The notes under the pieces: model-generated
What the model was told of the DNA's origin: nothing
The model's database searches: none
The model's input: only the letters and a program-made list of their open reading frames with translations
Made by a program: the position numbers and the translations under genes
Shown here: piece by piece, positions 19,664 through 30,602 of the stretch
How the letters are laid out: each line of letters opens with the position of its first letter
How positions within the stretch are numbered: the first letter of the stretch is position 1
DNA from: Pseudomonadales bacterium
GTDB lineage: Bacteria; Pseudomonadota; Gammaproteobacteria; Pseudomonadales; UBA7434
Length of the DNA stretch: 56,954 nucleotides
NCBI GenBank assembly: GCA_965659815.1
Contig: CBFHXO010000006.1
Location: 1 to 56,954, forward strand
Direction: 5' to 3'

Positions 19664-20875
19664 TCAGTTAGCCTGCCGACGTAAAAACGCTGGAATATCG
19701 AGCATCTCCATATCTTTGCTAGCATTCGATGACAGGCTATCCATCGCAGTTTGTGTTTCTGCGGATGAAGCGGCCTGTATTTCCGGCTGGCGTGCTGCGC
19801 GCTGTGGCTCAACAGGTGCTGACTGACGACGCATGGTTGGTGGCAAATCGTAATCGGCGTAGTTCGGTTTGGCTGCAGCACTTTCACGACCAACCAATCG
19901 CACAGCCACGTCAGTTTCGGCTTCACCCAGACCAGTGGCGACTACAGTGACTTTCAATTCATCGGTCATATCGGGGTCGATAACCGTACCAACAACCACC
20001 GTCGCATTGTCAGAGGCAAACTCTTCAACGGTATCGCCCACTTCGGTAAATTCACCCAGGGACAGATCCATACCGGCAGTGATATTGACCAAGATACCGC
20101 GCGCGCCTTGTAAATTCACATCTTCGAGCAGCGGGCTGCGAATGGCAGCTTCCGCCGCTTCGCGAGCGCGAGCATCGCCACGTGATACGCCAGTGCCCAT
20201 CATCGCCATACCCATTTCAGACATCACCGTGCGCACGTCGGCAAAGTCAACGTTGATCATACCGGGGCGAATAATCAAATCGGCAATACCTTGCACTGCA
20301 CCCAACAACACATCGTTGGCTGAACGGAAGGCATCTAGCAGGCTGGTGTTCTTACCCATTACCGCCAACAGTTTTTCGTTAGGAATAGTAATCAGTGAAT
20401 CGACATGCTGTTGCAACTCAAGAATCCCTTCATCGGCATGCAGTTTTCGCTTTTTGCCTTCGAACTTAAACGGGCGGGTCACAACCGCAACCGTCAATAT
20501 GCCCATCTCCTTGGCCACTTCAGCGATAATAGGTGCACCGCCAGTACCCGTACCGCCACCCATACCGGCAGTGATAAACACCATATCGGCACCACCCAGC
20601 ACTTCGGCAATACGCTCACGATCTTCCAGCGCCGCCTGGCGACCCACATCAGGGTTTGCGCCCGCACCCAAACCTTTGGTGATGGCACCACCTAGTTGCA
20701 ATACCGTATTGGCAGCCATATCCGCCAGCGCCTGGGCATCGGTGTTAGCACAAATAAATTCAACGCCATCAATATTATTGGCAATCATATGTTTAACGGC
20801 ATTACCGCCGCCGCCGCCAACACCAACAACTTTTATGACTGCATTTTGTGGAACATTATCTACGAGTTCAAACAT
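19664..20875 (-). CDS. ftsZ: Cell division protein FtsZ
   Basis: VGVGGGGGNAV, GMGGGTGTG tubulin signature, C-terminal LDIPAFLRRQ. Confidence 0.99.
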   Translation of the reverse strand: MFELVDNVPQNAVIKVVGVGGGGGNAVKHMIANNIDGVEFICANTDAQALADMAANTVLQLGGAITKGLGAGANPDVGRQAALEDRERIAEVLGGADMVFITAGMGGGTGTGGAPIIAEVAKEMGILTVAVVTRPFKFEGKKRKLHADEGILELQQHVDSLITIPNEKLLAVMGKNTSLLDAFRSANDVLLGAVQGIADLIIRPGMINVDFADVRTVMSEMGMAMMGTGVSRGDARAREAAEAAIRSPLLEDVNLQGARGILVNITAGMDLSLGEFTEVGDTVEEFASDNATVVVGTVIDPDMTDELKVTVVATGLGEAETDVAVRLVGRESAAAKPNYADYDLPPTMRRQSAPVEPQRAARQPEIQAASSAETQTAMDSLSSNASKDMEMLDIPAFLRRQAN

Positions 20876-20937
20876 GGTATTTCCCCCTCAGGAAAGTGAA
20901 TAATAAAAAAATGAAAACCTAAAACTTTAAAACCCAA

Positions 20938-22170
20938 TTAAAAATTACTTTGAAACCAACCCTTGACCCTACCTAAAAATCCTGCTGCATCGGCCGCGTC
21001 GGCCGCCAGCTGCAATTCGTTTTGCTGCTTAAAGCCGTAATGCAGCAATCCCACCCCAGTAGCATGTACGGGGTTATCGGTAATATCCTGCAAACCATAA
21101 GCACCCTGTGGTGAACCCAAACGCACGGGAACATGAAATATTTCTTCGGCCAACTCAACCACGCCGTGCATTTTAGATGTACCACCGGTTAACACGATTC
21201 CGGCGGCAATCAAATCTTCGAAACCACTGCGGCGCAACTCAGCCTGCACCAGCGTGAATAATTCGTCATAGCGCGGCTCAACCACTTCAGCCAGCGCATG
21301 GCGCGACAAATCTCTTGGTGGCCTATCACCAACACTAGGTACTTTTATCGTTTCGTCCAAACCCGCTAACTGGGTTAACGCACAGGCGTATTTAATTTTG
21401 ATATCTTCGGCGTATTGCGTAGGCGTTCGTAGCGCCATGGCAATATCGTTAGTCACTTGATCACCGGCAATAGGAATATTGGCGGTATGCCTAATTGCCC
21501 CTTCGGTAAATACGGCGATATCCGTAGTGCCACCACCAATATCTACAATACATACACCTAACTCGCGCTCGTCGTCAGTCAGCACGGCATAGCTGGAGGC
21601 AAGCTGCTCCAGAATCACATCTTCAACGGTAAGGCCACAACGGTTAATACATTTTTCAATATTCTGTGCCGCATTAACCGCACAGGTAACCAGGTGTACC
21701 TTGGCCTCTAATCGCACACCGGACATACCCAGCGGCTCTTTTACTCCCTCCTGCGTATCAATCACATATTCCTGTGGCAGCACGTGAAGTATTTTTTGGT
21801 CAGCAGGTATTGCTACTGCGCGGGCCGCATCAATAACTCGCTCTACATCAGCAGCCATGACTTCGCGCTCGCGAATGGCGACAATACCGTGAGAGTTCAG
21901 ACTGCGAATATGATTACCGGCAATACCGGCGTACACGGAGTGAATTTGGCAGCCGGCCATTAACTCCGCCTCTTCCACTGCGCGTTGAATCGACTGCACG
22001 GTCGACTCAATATTCACCACTACCCCCTTTTTCAAACCGCGCGAGGGATGCGAACCAATGCCAACAATTTCAATCGCACCGTCTTCATTCATCTCACCAA
22101 CGATTGCTACCACCTTAGAGGTGCCAATATCCAGACCCACTATCATTTTTCCCGCAGAAGGATTAGACAT
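20938..22170 (-). CDS. ftsA: Cell division protein FtsA
   Basis: GLDIGTSKV, VDIGGGTTD, VLTGG, C-terminal amphipathic helix. Confidence 0.99.
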   Translation of the reverse strand: MSNPSAGKMIVGLDIGTSKVVAIVGEMNEDGAIEIVGIGSHPSRGLKKGVVVNIESTVQSIQRAVEEAELMAGCQIHSVYAGIAGNHIRSLNSHGIVAIREREVMAADVERVIDAARAVAIPADQKILHVLPQEYVIDTQEGVKEPLGMSGVRLEAKVHLVTCAVNAAQNIEKCINRCGLTVEDVILEQLASSYAVLTDDERELGVCIVDIGGGTTDIAVFTEGAIRHTANIPIAGDQVTNDIAMALRTPTQYAEDIKIKYACALTQLAGLDETIKVPSVGDRPPRDLSRHALAEVVEPRYDELFTLVQAELRRSGFEDLIAAGIVLTGGTSKMHGVVELAEEIFHVPVRLGSPQGAYGLQDITDNPVHATGVGLLHYGFKQQNELQLAADAADAAGFLGRVKGWFQSNF

Positions 22171-22306
22171 TTTGCGTGCTCCGGTTTGTATTCGTCATGT
22201 TGATCATGCTTTTCATATTTACTGTTAAATTTGCTTTGTTAAAAGGTTTTACAGGCCTATGTTAATCGCCCTTGCTACTGCTCAGCCCTGCTGTATGTAT
22301 AACTGA

Positions 22307-23185
22307 TCACTTTACGGCAAGCTCCAATTCATCATCCCACTTACTGTCAATACTGCGCCACTGGATTGAAACGCCGTTGCTATAACGCAGGTCAATCGTT
22401 TCAATATGTCGCGCCCGGCCCGATAACGGCCCATCGAGCAATGTTAAAAAGCGATCAAAGCGCTGCTCCAACTGCACTGCCCCCAGTTTCATTTGCATAC
22501 CATTGCTTAATAGCAAAGAAAAATCACCGCCGCGCATACTGACCAGCTCGCGAATGGACAAACCGTAGTTGGCCAGCGGTTTCTGCAAACGGTTAAACCA
22601 TTCAACACTTTGCCTGATCACGGTGGCCTGACTGTACGGGCCCGCATCGGCCTGGTAACCTTCGACCACAAACAGCGGCAATGGCATAAACGCCTTGATA
22701 TTTTTAGGTGCAAAAATATCGCCAGTGGCCGACAGTAAATAACGCTCGTTCCAACGTGCCACTGCAACGTATTCATCAATACCAATCACCAAGCGATTTG
22801 GCCACTCACGACGAATCATTGCCTGTCGTACCCAGGGGTGTGATTCCAGCTGCACTTTCAACTGCTGTAAATTTAACTGCCAAAACCCTGTGTTTAACTG
22901 TTCCGCTATTAACGCACGCAGTTGGTCTTCGCTGGCACCAGAGCTGGACATACCGGCATCGGCGCTGTAACCAGTTATCATCACATCACCAATTTCAACC
23001 GAGCGGACCTGGTGAATAACACTGGCCGTTACCATTAATAAAGCAATAATCAGTGACGCCGACAGCAGCCGCAACATCCATAGCCGCCAATCGATCACGC
23101 TTACATCGCGCTTTACCGCGCGCGTGGCACCATTGCCGCGACGACCTCGTCGCTTTATGCTGACTAATTGTGGCGTTCTGCTCAC
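22307..23185 (-). CDS. ftsQ: Cell division protein FtsQ/DivIB
   Basis: Basic N-terminus, one TM, POTRA (LESHPWV...RREWPN.L), IDLRYSNG..W; between ddl and ftsA. Confidence 0.92.
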   Translation of the reverse strand: MSRTPQLVSIKRRGRRGNGATRAVKRDVSVIDWRLWMLRLLSASLIIALLMVTASVIHQVRSVEIGDVMITGYSADAGMSSSGASEDQLRALIAEQLNTGFWQLNLQQLKVQLESHPWVRQAMIRREWPNRLVIGIDEYVAVARWNERYLLSATGDIFAPKNIKAFMPLPLFVVEGYQADAGPYSQATVIRQSVEWFNRLQKPLANYGLSIRELVSMRGGDFSLLLSNGMQMKLGAVQLEQRFDRFLTLLDGPLSGRARHIETIDLRYSNGVSIQWRSIDSKWDDELELAVK

Positions 23186-24153
23186 CTGCTTTCCCGCATC
23201 GATAATTGAATAATATTGGCCATTAACAACTCAAAATCCAGGCCCGCCGCACTGGCAGCCATAGGCACCAGGCTATGATTGGTTAAACCCGGTACGGTAT
23301 TGGCCTCAAGTAGATAAAACTGCCCACTGTTTTGGTCCCGCATAAAATCAATACGCCCCCAGCAGCGACAATCCAATGCATCAAATGCCGCGCGCGCCAG
23401 TTGCTGCAAATGTAATTCGTCGCTGGCTTCCAAGCCACTGGGAATAAAAAATTCTGTATCGTCGTCTTGGTACTTGGCTTCGTAACTATAAAACTCACGT
23501 TTGGTCGCAATGCGAATAGACGGTAGTTCAAAACCTTCCAAAATCGATACTGTGTATTCGGGCCCATCAATATATTGCTCAGCAAAAATATCAACACCGT
23601 ACTGCGCGGCATGATGATAGGCCTGCTTTAATGCTTCAGCGTCGCTCACCATAGCAAGACCAACGCTGGAACCTTCGTCTGCAGGTTTAACAAACACCAC
23701 GCCGCCGAGTCGCGCTAACACTGCCGAAAAATCAGCATCCTCCGCCAACATTTCGTAGGCAGGCGTGGGTAAATCCAGACCACGCCAGACATTTTTACTA
23801 CGTACTTTATCCATCGCCAATGCTGAGCCCAGCACACCGCTGCCGCTATAGGAAATATCCAAGCTCTCTAATAAGGCCTGCATGGTGCCGTCTTCACCAC
23901 CACGTCCATGCAATGCAATAAATGCAAATGCGGGGTTCATCGCTTGCAACTGGGCCACGACATTGTTGGCGCTATCAATAGCAACCGCATCTAGACCCGA
24001 TGCTTGCAAACTTTCGATGACTGCACGACCGCTTTCAAGCGAGACTTCGCGCTCAGACGTATTGCCGCCCAGCAATACCGCGATCTGGCCGGTAAAATCG
24101 CCCAGCAATGCACGCACCGCCGGGCTCACATCATTGTGTAATCGATCTACCAT
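23182..24153 (-). CDS. ddlB: D-alanine--D-alanine ligase
   Basis: GG..SEREVSLESG, ALHGRGGEDG, KP..EGSS.G, YEAKY, LEANTVPG. Start placed at ATG 24153, just after the murC stop. Confidence 0.96.
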   Translation of the reverse strand: MVDRLHNDVSPAVRALLGDFTGQIAVLLGGNTSEREVSLESGRAVIESLQASGLDAVAIDSANNVVAQLQAMNPAFAFIALHGRGGEDGTMQALLESLDISYSGSGVLGSALAMDKVRSKNVWRGLDLPTPAYEMLAEDADFSAVLARLGGVVFVKPADEGSSVGLAMVSDAEALKQAYHHAAQYGVDIFAEQYIDGPEYTVSILEGFELPSIRIATKREFYSYEAKYQDDDTEFFIPSGLEASDELHLQQLARAAFDALDCRCWGRIDFMRDQNSGQFYLLEANTVPGLTNHSLVPMAASAAGLDFELLMANIIQLSMRESR

Positions 24154-24157
24154 TGCT

Positions 24158-25645
24158 TTAATCCACCGCGCCATTAACAGGTGTAGCAAAATCGTAATTG
24201 GCAATTTCAACGGAGAGCTTGCCAACATCACCAGCGCCCTGGGTAATTAAAATATCGCCCGGCTGCAGCTGACCACCCAACACATCAAACAGTGCAGTGC
24301 GATTTTCGACAAACACCGGGTCGATTTTGCCGCGCTGCCTAACACTACCTGCCAGGCTGCGACCATCGGCACCGGTAATCATTTCTTCACCAGCCGAATA
24401 CACATCGAGCAAGAGCAATACATCCACCGTTGATAACACTCGAACAAAATCTTCGTAAAGATCGCGGGTACGAGAGTAGCGATGCGGCTGGTATAGCATC
24501 ACCAATCGCTTATCCGGCCAGCTTTCTCGCGCCGCTGCAATAGTTGCGGCAACCTCAGTGGGGTGATGGCCGTAATCATCAACCAGCGTGACGCTACCGT
24601 TACTCACCGCAAGATTCTCGGTGACTTCAAAACGCCGCCCCACACCTTTAAAGTTGTCCAACGCTTTTAGAATCAAACCCTGCTCAATACCCTCGTCATA
24701 AGCCACAGCAAACGCTGCCGTTGCATTTAAGGCGTTGTGAACCCCAGGGGTATTTAACGTTACCTGAACCGGCCCGCTAGCGTCTTTATAATGAATAAGA
24801 AAGTTGGCCTTTAAACCTTCACAGCGATAATCACTGATCCGATAATCGGCATCTTCACTAAAGCCATAACTGATAATGGGGCGATGAAAGTCAACCAGTA
24901 GCTGACGAGTATTTTCATCATCGATACACACGACAACCAGGCCATAAAAAGGCAGGTTATGAACAAACTCAACAAACGTGTCAGTGAGTCTGGAGAAATC
25001 GCCACCGTAAGTCGACATATGGTCGGCATCGATATTAGTAATAATCGAAACCATGGGCTGCAGGTGTAAAAACGAAGCATCGCTTTCATCAGCTTCAGCA
25101 ATCAGGTAACGACCATTGCCGAGCTGCGCATTAGCACTGGCACTGTTTAACAAGCCACCAATCACAAAAGTTGGACCCAACCCTGCCTCACCAAAAATTG
25201 ATGCAATTAAACTGGTAGTTGTGGTTTTACCGTGCGTACCCGCAACCGCAATGCCATGACGATAACGCATCAATTCAGCAAGCATTTCTGCGCGCGGCAC
25301 AATGGGCAAGTGCGCCTCTTTCGCGGCAATTAATTCAACATTCTCCGAATCAATGGCGGTAGACACCACTACGACGCTAGCCGATTGAATATTCTCAACT
25401 GCATGACCAATAAATATTTCTACTCCCAGGTCTGCCAGGCGACGCGTTGTATAAGAAATCTGGATATCCGAGCCACTGACCCGATAACCCTGGTTTAATA
25501 GCACTTCGGCGATACCGCACATCCCGGCGCCACCAATACCAACAAAATGAATTTGCTCTACACGACGCATTTCAGGTACAAAAAAAGTCGCGTCAGGTAA
25601 TGTTGAATCAGGCTCTATATTCTTAGCCCCTTTATTCTCAGCCAT
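24158..25645 (-). CDS. murC: UDP-N-acetylmuramate--L-alanine ligase
   Basis: [41 protein letters not shown]. Start placed at ATG 25645. Confidence 0.98.
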   Translation of the reverse strand: MAENKGAKNIEPDSTLPDATFFVPEMRRVEQIHFVGIGGAGMCGIAEVLLNQGYRVSGSDIQISYTTRRLADLGVEIFIGHAVENIQSASVVVVSTAIDSENVELIAAKEAHLPIVPRAEMLAELMRYRHGIAVAGTHGKTTTTSLIASIFGEAGLGPTFVIGGLLNSASANAQLGNGRYLIAEADESDASFLHLQPMVSIITNIDADHMSTYGGDFSRLTDTFVEFVHNLPFYGLVVVCIDDENTRQLLVDFHRPIISYGFSEDADYRISDYRCEGLKANFLIHYKDASGPVQVTLNTPGVHNALNATAAFAVAYDEGIEQGLILKALDNFKGVGRRFEVTENLAVSNGSVTLVDDYGHHPTEVAATIAAARESWPDKRLVMLYQPHRYSRTRDLYEDFVRVLSTVDVLLLLDVYSAGEEMITGADGRSLAGSVRQRGKIDPVFVENRTALFDVLGGQLQPGDILITQGAGDVGKLSVEIANYDFATPVNGAVD

Positions 25646-26747
25646 GGGCAAACTCCCGACAGCTGTCGACGATATATTGCGTTGCCTCAGGTGTAGCAAG
25701 TGCTCGGGCGTGTGTCGCACGTTCTAACAGACGCTGCTTGTCAGCCAACAAACCCTGCAATAATTTCACCGCAGTTTCGACAGTGAATTCGCTCTGTTCA
25801 ACTTTAACCGCAGCACCAGCATCGACTAACCAATCGGCATTAAACGATTGATGATTATCGGTTGCATAGGGATACGGAACCAATAAGGCAGCCACACCCA
25901 CCGCAGCGATTTCGCTAACCGTTAATGCGCCAGCGCGGGCAATAACCAAATCGGCCGCCGCATAAGCGACAGCCATATCTTCGATAAATGCACTGACTTT
26001 AGCCTCGACACCGACCTGCGAATAAGCCGCGTTAACCATTTCAACATCGTTAATACCGGTTTGGTGTACCACAGTGAAAATATCAATATTGCTGTGGCTT
26101 TGCTTAAGCTGCGCAAGTGCCCTGGGTAGCACCTGGTTCAACGCATGAGCACCAAGACTCCCGCCAAGCACCAATAGCTGTAGTGATTGTGACGCGACAT
26201 CGATGCGTTGCGCGGGCGGTAACTGCACATACAGTTCAGCTCGCAATGGGTTACCAGTAAAACAGGTCGTTTTACGCTGTGAAAACACGCCAGGAAAGCC
26301 GGTAAATATTTTACTGGCCATCGGCGCTAGTAATTTATTGGTGGTACCGGCAATAGAATTTTGCTCTTGCAGCAGCAGTGGTGTGCGGGTAAGAAATGCC
26401 GCAAAGCCCGCGGCAGCAGAGGCAAAACCGCCCATACCTAAAACGCAAACCGGCTTTATTTTCACAATAAGACGAATAACCGATATCACGGCCAGCGCCA
26501 GTAATAACGGTGCTGCAATCCAGGACAACAGGTTTTTACCACGCACACCAGCAACATTAATAAAATGAATAACAAAATCGTTGGACGGTACCACGCGCGA
26601 CTCAATACCTTTTCGAGTGCCAAGCCAAACCACATCCACATCCTGCTGGCGTAAACCCTGGGCCACCGCTAAGGCAGGAAACACATGGCCGCCGGTGCCA
26701 CCGGCAGCAATCAGTACGGTAGCGCGAGTGCTGGCCATATTACCCAT
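25638..26747 (-). CDS. murG: Lipid II GlcNAc transferase
   Basis: [46 protein letters not shown] before ATG 26747. Confidence 0.97.
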   Translation of the reverse strand: MGNMASTRATVLIAAGGTGGHVFPALAVAQGLRQQDVDVVWLGTRKGIESRVVPSNDFVIHFINVAGVRGKNLLSWIAAPLLLALAVISVIRLIVKIKPVCVLGMGGFASAAAGFAAFLTRTPLLLQEQNSIAGTTNKLLAPMASKIFTGFPGVFSQRKTTCFTGNPLRAELYVQLPPAQRIDVASQSLQLLVLGGSLGAHALNQVLPRALAQLKQSHSNIDIFTVVHQTGINDVEMVNAAYSQVGVEAKVSAFIEDMAVAYAAADLVIARAGALTVSEIAAVGVAALLVPYPYATDNHQSFNADWLVDAGAAVKVEQSEFTVETAVKLLQGLLADKQRLLERATHARALATPEATQYIVDSCREFAHG

Positions 26748-28017
26748 ACACCACCTCCGATTTTCTACCTTTACGTGCCGTCGTCTTCGCGCCAACATCG
26801 GTGAGCAAATCGCGCGTACCTTTACTGCCATATTTCTTAATCGCGTTATCGGCGTGCTCAAGCACAAGCTCGCGATGAATACGTAATACCAAGCCTATCA
26901 TGGCGCAACTGACTAACAGACTACTACCGCCATAACTTAAAAATGGCAGCGTTAAACCTTTGGTTGGTAATAAACCAACATTAACGCCCACATTAATAAT
27001 TAATTGGGCTGAAAAAACCAGCGCGATACCATAGGCAACATAGGCACCAAAAGCCTTACTCATCGCCTCGGCTCTTCGCGCCGTTACAAGTATGCGCGCA
27101 ATAAGCAATGCGTACACCAGCAACGCCATTAAGCAGCCGATAAAACCCAGCTCTTCAGCCATAATGGCAAAAATAAAATCGGTGTGTGCCTCGGGTAGGT
27201 AAAACAGTTTCTGCACGCTATTGCCCAGGCCAAGCCCAAACCACTCGCCACGCCCAAAAGCAATTAATGCCTGAGTAAGCTGGTAACCATCACCAAACTG
27301 GTCGGCCCAAGGATCGAGATACGCTGACAAGCGCGCTTGGCGCTCCGTCGATGAAAGAATCATACCCACCGCAGCGGCAGCGCTACCGGCAAGCAAAATA
27401 ACAAATTGCCAAAGCCGAACACCGCCAAGAAATAACATACCTAAAGCGGCACCCAACAGTACAACCACGGCGCCAAAATCCGGCTCAAGCAATAGCAATA
27501 CCACCAGCGCAGCCATAATCATCATGGGGTTTAAAAAGCCGCTCCAGTGGCTTCTAACCAAATCATGCTGACGCACCAGGTAACTGCCCAAATAAACAAT
27601 CACGCCAATTTTCGCCACCTCAGAACCCTGGAGCGTAAACGGGCCTACCGCCAACCATCGCGTAGCATTGTTGGCGGTATGGCCAAGGCCGGGTGTAATA
27701 ATCAAAATTAAAATAATGAAACTGGCAACAAGTAGATAAGGCCCGCTTCGCTCCCACAGCGCCACTGGAATTTTAAATGCCACCCAAGCCGCGACAGAGG
27801 CAACTAACATATACACCATATGTCTGCGAGTATGAAAAAACGCATCGCCATAGCGCTCATTGGCATAATCGACCGAAGCCGAGCAAATCATGACCAAACC
27901 CAACGCCATTAACGCACAGGTGCAGCTCAGCAAGATGTAGTCCAAGTCAGCAATATGCTTGGTCGGCGCCAGGCTAGACACTTTAGAGGTGCGACCTTTT
28001 TCGATTCGCGAGATCAT
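26740..28017 (-). CDS. ftsW: SEDS peptidoglycan polymerase FtsW
   Basis: RW...Q.SE.AK, EPDFG, GYQLTQ, LPEAHTDFIF..EELG, PTKGLTLPFLSYGGSS. Confidence 0.98.
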   Translation of the reverse strand: MISRIEKGRTSKVSSLAPTKHIADLDYILLSCTCALMALGLVMICSASVDYANERYGDAFFHTRRHMVYMLVASVAAWVAFKIPVALWERSGPYLLVASFIILILIITPGLGHTANNATRWLAVGPFTLQGSEVAKIGVIVYLGSYLVRQHDLVRSHWSGFLNPMMIMAALVVLLLLEPDFGAVVVLLGAALGMLFLGGVRLWQFVILLAGSAAAAVGMILSSTERQARLSAYLDPWADQFGDGYQLTQALIAFGRGEWFGLGLGNSVQKLFYLPEAHTDFIFAIMAEELGFIGCLMALLVYALLIARILVTARRAEAMSKAFGAYVAYGIALVFSAQLIINVGVNVGLLPTKGLTLPFLSYGGSSLLVSCAMIGLVLRIHRELVLEHADNAIKKYGSKGTRDLLTDVGAKTTARKGRKSEVVYG

Positions 28018-29507
28018 TGCAGGCCCTCGCTCTCAAACCGGCTGGCCAGTTCGCTCACTGCCGAACAAAAAACCTCACCGCGATGTTCGAAGCTATCGAA
28101 CATATCAAAGCTGGCACAAGCCGGAGAGAGCAGCACCAAATCACCCGGCTGGCTAAGTTGATAGGCAGTTGCAACTGCCAACTCAAGACTCTCGGCGTAG
28201 GTAATCGATAGTGACTCGCCAGCCGCCGCGGCAATCGCATTAGCACCAACACCAATAACAAGCAGCCGACTGTTACGCTTTTCAAGTTCAGCAAGCAACT
28301 CGCTAAAGTCAGCGCCTTTAGTTTCACCACCAGCAATCAGTGTGATTGTGCCTGTTGCGCCATCGCTCAAACCGCGCAGTGCCGCCAGTGCCGCACCAAC
28401 GTTGGTGGCCTTGGAATCATTAATGAAGTGAACGCCTTGAATATGAGCAACCGATTCGCAACGATGGGGCAAACCTTTAAAAGCGGTGATTGCCGCCTTC
28501 ATTGCCTCAATCGAAAAACCTGCGGCTTCGCCTATTGCCAGTGCCGCAAGTACATTTAAAATATTGTGCGAACCCGGCAATGGTAAATCTGCTACCGCGA
28601 TTAATGGATCAAAGCCTCGACACAAAAAGCGCCGACCATCAATAGACACGACACCGTACTGACCAAGATCAGGCGCAGCCAGGCCAAAGCTGATTAGTTT
28701 TGCCCCTAGGGTTTGAAGCGGCGTGGTTAAACCGTCGTCGCGGTTGTAAACAATAATTTCAGCACCGCGAAAAACGCGCTGCTTGGCCTGATGATAGCTC
28801 AACATATTGCCGTGTCTGTCCATATGATCGGCAGTTAAATTTAACAGGCAGGCGATACGCGGTTTCAACTCACTGCAGCGCTCCAGTTGAAAACTCGACA
28901 GTTCCAACACATAAAGCTCGCGCTGAGGCGATAATAACTCCAGCGCTGGCACACCGAGGTTACCACCGACGGCTGCATCAAGCCCCGCCTGACTGGCCAT
29001 ATCGCCCACTAGCGAAGTCACGGTACTTTTGGCGTTCGAACCGGTAATTGCAATCACCGGTGCATTGACCTCACGAGCAAATAAATCGATATCGCCACTG
29101 AGCACCGCACCGTTAGCAGTAGCATTGGCAAATAGTGCGTCATCAACCGCAATACCAGGGCTAATATAAATTTCATTGGCACTATCGATTAGCGCAGCGT
29201 TATCGCGGCCCAGGTGAATCTCTACATCGGGAAACTCGCAGGCGATATCGGCAATACCCTCAGGCTTACTACGCGTATCTAATACGCTAAAGGGTAGTCC
29301 CAGGCGCGATAAATGACGCATGCAGGATTTGCCGGTAGCACCCAGCCCCACGATCAGTCTTTTTTTATCGCTTTGTATTAAGTTCACGTTAACGATTTTT
29401 CCACTCGTATTTTTTACTGCTTGTTCTATAAATGCTTGTTCTATAACTGCTTGTTCTGTAAAAGCAGACTTGCTGCTAAAATAGTTTTGTACCCTGACCA
29501 CCGACAT
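28014..29507 (-). CDS. murD: UDP-MurNAc-L-Ala--D-glutamate ligase (true start may be GTG 29387)
   Basis: GLGATG, SPG, ITGSNAKSTVT, ELSSFQLE, NDSKATN, LLSPACASFDMF. Confidence 0.97.
   Translation of the reverse strand: MSVVRVQNYFSSKSAFTEQAVIEQAFIEQAVKNTSGKIVNVNLIQSDKKRLIVGLGATGKSCMRHLSRLGLPFSVLDTRSKPEGIADIACEFPDVEIHLGRDNAALIDSANEIYISPGIAVDDALFANATANGAVLSGDIDLFAREVNAPVIAITGSNAKSTVTSLVGDMASQAGLDAAVGGNLGVPALELLSPQRELYVLELSSFQLERCSELKPRIACLLNLTADHMDRHGNMLSYHQAKQRVFRGAEIIVYNRDDGLTTPLQTLGAKLISFGLAAPDLGQYGVVSIDGRRFLCRGFDPLIAVADLPLPGSHNILNVLAALAIGEAAGFSIEAMKAAITAFKGLPHRCESVAHIQGVHFINDSKATNVGAALAALRGLSDGATGTITLIAGGETKGADFSELLAELEKRNSRLLVIGVGANAIAAAAGESLSITYAESLELAVATAYQLSQPGDLVLLSPACASFDMFDSFEHRGEVFCSAVSELASRFESEGLQ
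29416..29460. repeat. Three 15-bp tandem repeats at the 5' end of murD
   Basis: actgcttgttctata / aatgcttgttctata / actgcttgttctgta. Confidence 0.9.
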
Positions 29508-29519
29508 AGTCTTTATGAT

Positions 29520-30602
29520 CTAACGCAGTTTTAGCGTTGCCAGACCAAATAAAACCAGCATCACTGTAATAATCCAAAAGCGCACAATCACCCTGGGTTC
29601 TGGCCAACCCTTAAGCTCAAAGTGATGATGTAGCGGGGCCATTCTAAATAGCCGCTTGCCGGTTAATTTAAACGACGCAACCTGCAAAATAACTGACAGG
29701 GTTTCTGCGACAAAAATGCCGGCCATAATAAAAAAGACAATTTCATGCCGGGTAACAATGGCTATAACACCCAGTGCAGCACCTAATGCCAGCGCACCGA
29801 CATCGCCCATAAAGACTTGCGCGGGGTAGGTGTTAAACCAAAGAAAGCCCAGCCCTGCCCCTCCCAGCGCGCCACAAAAAATCACCAGCTCGCCCGCGCC
29901 CGGAATAAAGGGAATATGCAGGTAGCGCGAGAATTCTGCATGGCCGGAGAGATAGGCAATGGCACCCAGTGCGGAACCCACCAGTACTGTCGGTAGAATT
30001 GCCAGCCCATCGAGACCATCGGTAAGGTTGACCGCATTACTGGAACCAACAATCACCAGATAGCCTAAAATCAAATACCACCAGCCAAGATCAATAACCA
30101 CATCTTTAAAAAACGGCACAATAAGCTGGGTTTCAGCTGGAATCGTTGCAGTTACGTAAAGCGCAGTGACAACCGCTGCTGCTGCCACCGACTGCCAAAA
30201 ATACTTCCAGCGCGCTGCCAGGCCCTTGGAATTTTTTTCGATAACCTTACGATAATCGTCGACCCAACCCACGGCGCCAAACATGACAGTTACCGCCAAC
30301 ACTGCCAATACATAGCGGTTGCTTAGGTCAGACCAGAGCAAAGTACTAAAGCAAATACTGATAAGAATTAATGCGCCACCCATGGTTGGCGTGCCGGCTT
30401 TCACCAAATGCGTTTGCGGGCCATCGTCACGAATACTTTGCCCGACCTGGTGGTAATTTAATTTACGAATCACCCAGGGGCCGACTAATAGCGAAATACC
30501 CAGCGCCGTCATCACGCTAAAAATACCGCGCAAGGTTAGGTATTGGACAACGCCAAAACCACTATCGAACTGCTGCAGGTACTCGGCCAGTAAAATCAAC
30601 AC
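29520..30602 (-). CDS. mraY: Phospho-N-acetylmuramoyl-pentapeptide transferase
   Basis: [40 protein letters not shown]. Confidence 0.99.
   Translation of the reverse strand: MLILLAEYLQQFDSGFGVVQYLTLRGIFSVMTALGISLLVGPWVIRKLNYHQVGQSIRDDGPQTHLVKAGTPTMGGALILISICFSTLLWSDLSNRYVLAVLAVTVMFGAVGWVDDYRKVIEKNSKGLAARWKYFWQSVAAAAVVTALYVTATIPAETQLIVPFFKDVVIDLGWWYLILGYLVIVGSSNAVNLTDGLDGLAILPTVLVGSALGAIAYLSGHAEFSRYLHIPFIPGAGELVIFCGALGGAGLGFLWFNTYPAQVFMGDVGALALGAALGVIAIVTRHEIVFFIMAGIFVAETLSVILQVASFKLTGKRLFRMAPLHHHFELKGWPEPRVIVRFWIITVMLVLFGLATLKLR

Noticed and set aside
19869-20903. 344-aa plus-strand ORF
   Set aside because: Antisense shadow of ftsZ in the mirrored frame; Ser/Pro/Thr-rich with no motifs. The same applies to the other shadow ORFs (e.g. 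17165-17737, 42933-43433, 49876-50379).
23182-25645. No murB between murC and ddl
   Set aside because: murB is commonly outside the dcw cluster in gammaproteobacteria.
24154-26867. Long N-terminal extensions and overlaps of ddl, murC and murG in the ORF track (also mutT, kdsD)
   Set aside because: Artefacts of taking the most upstream start; downstream ATGs with RBS or stop-start coupling fit better.
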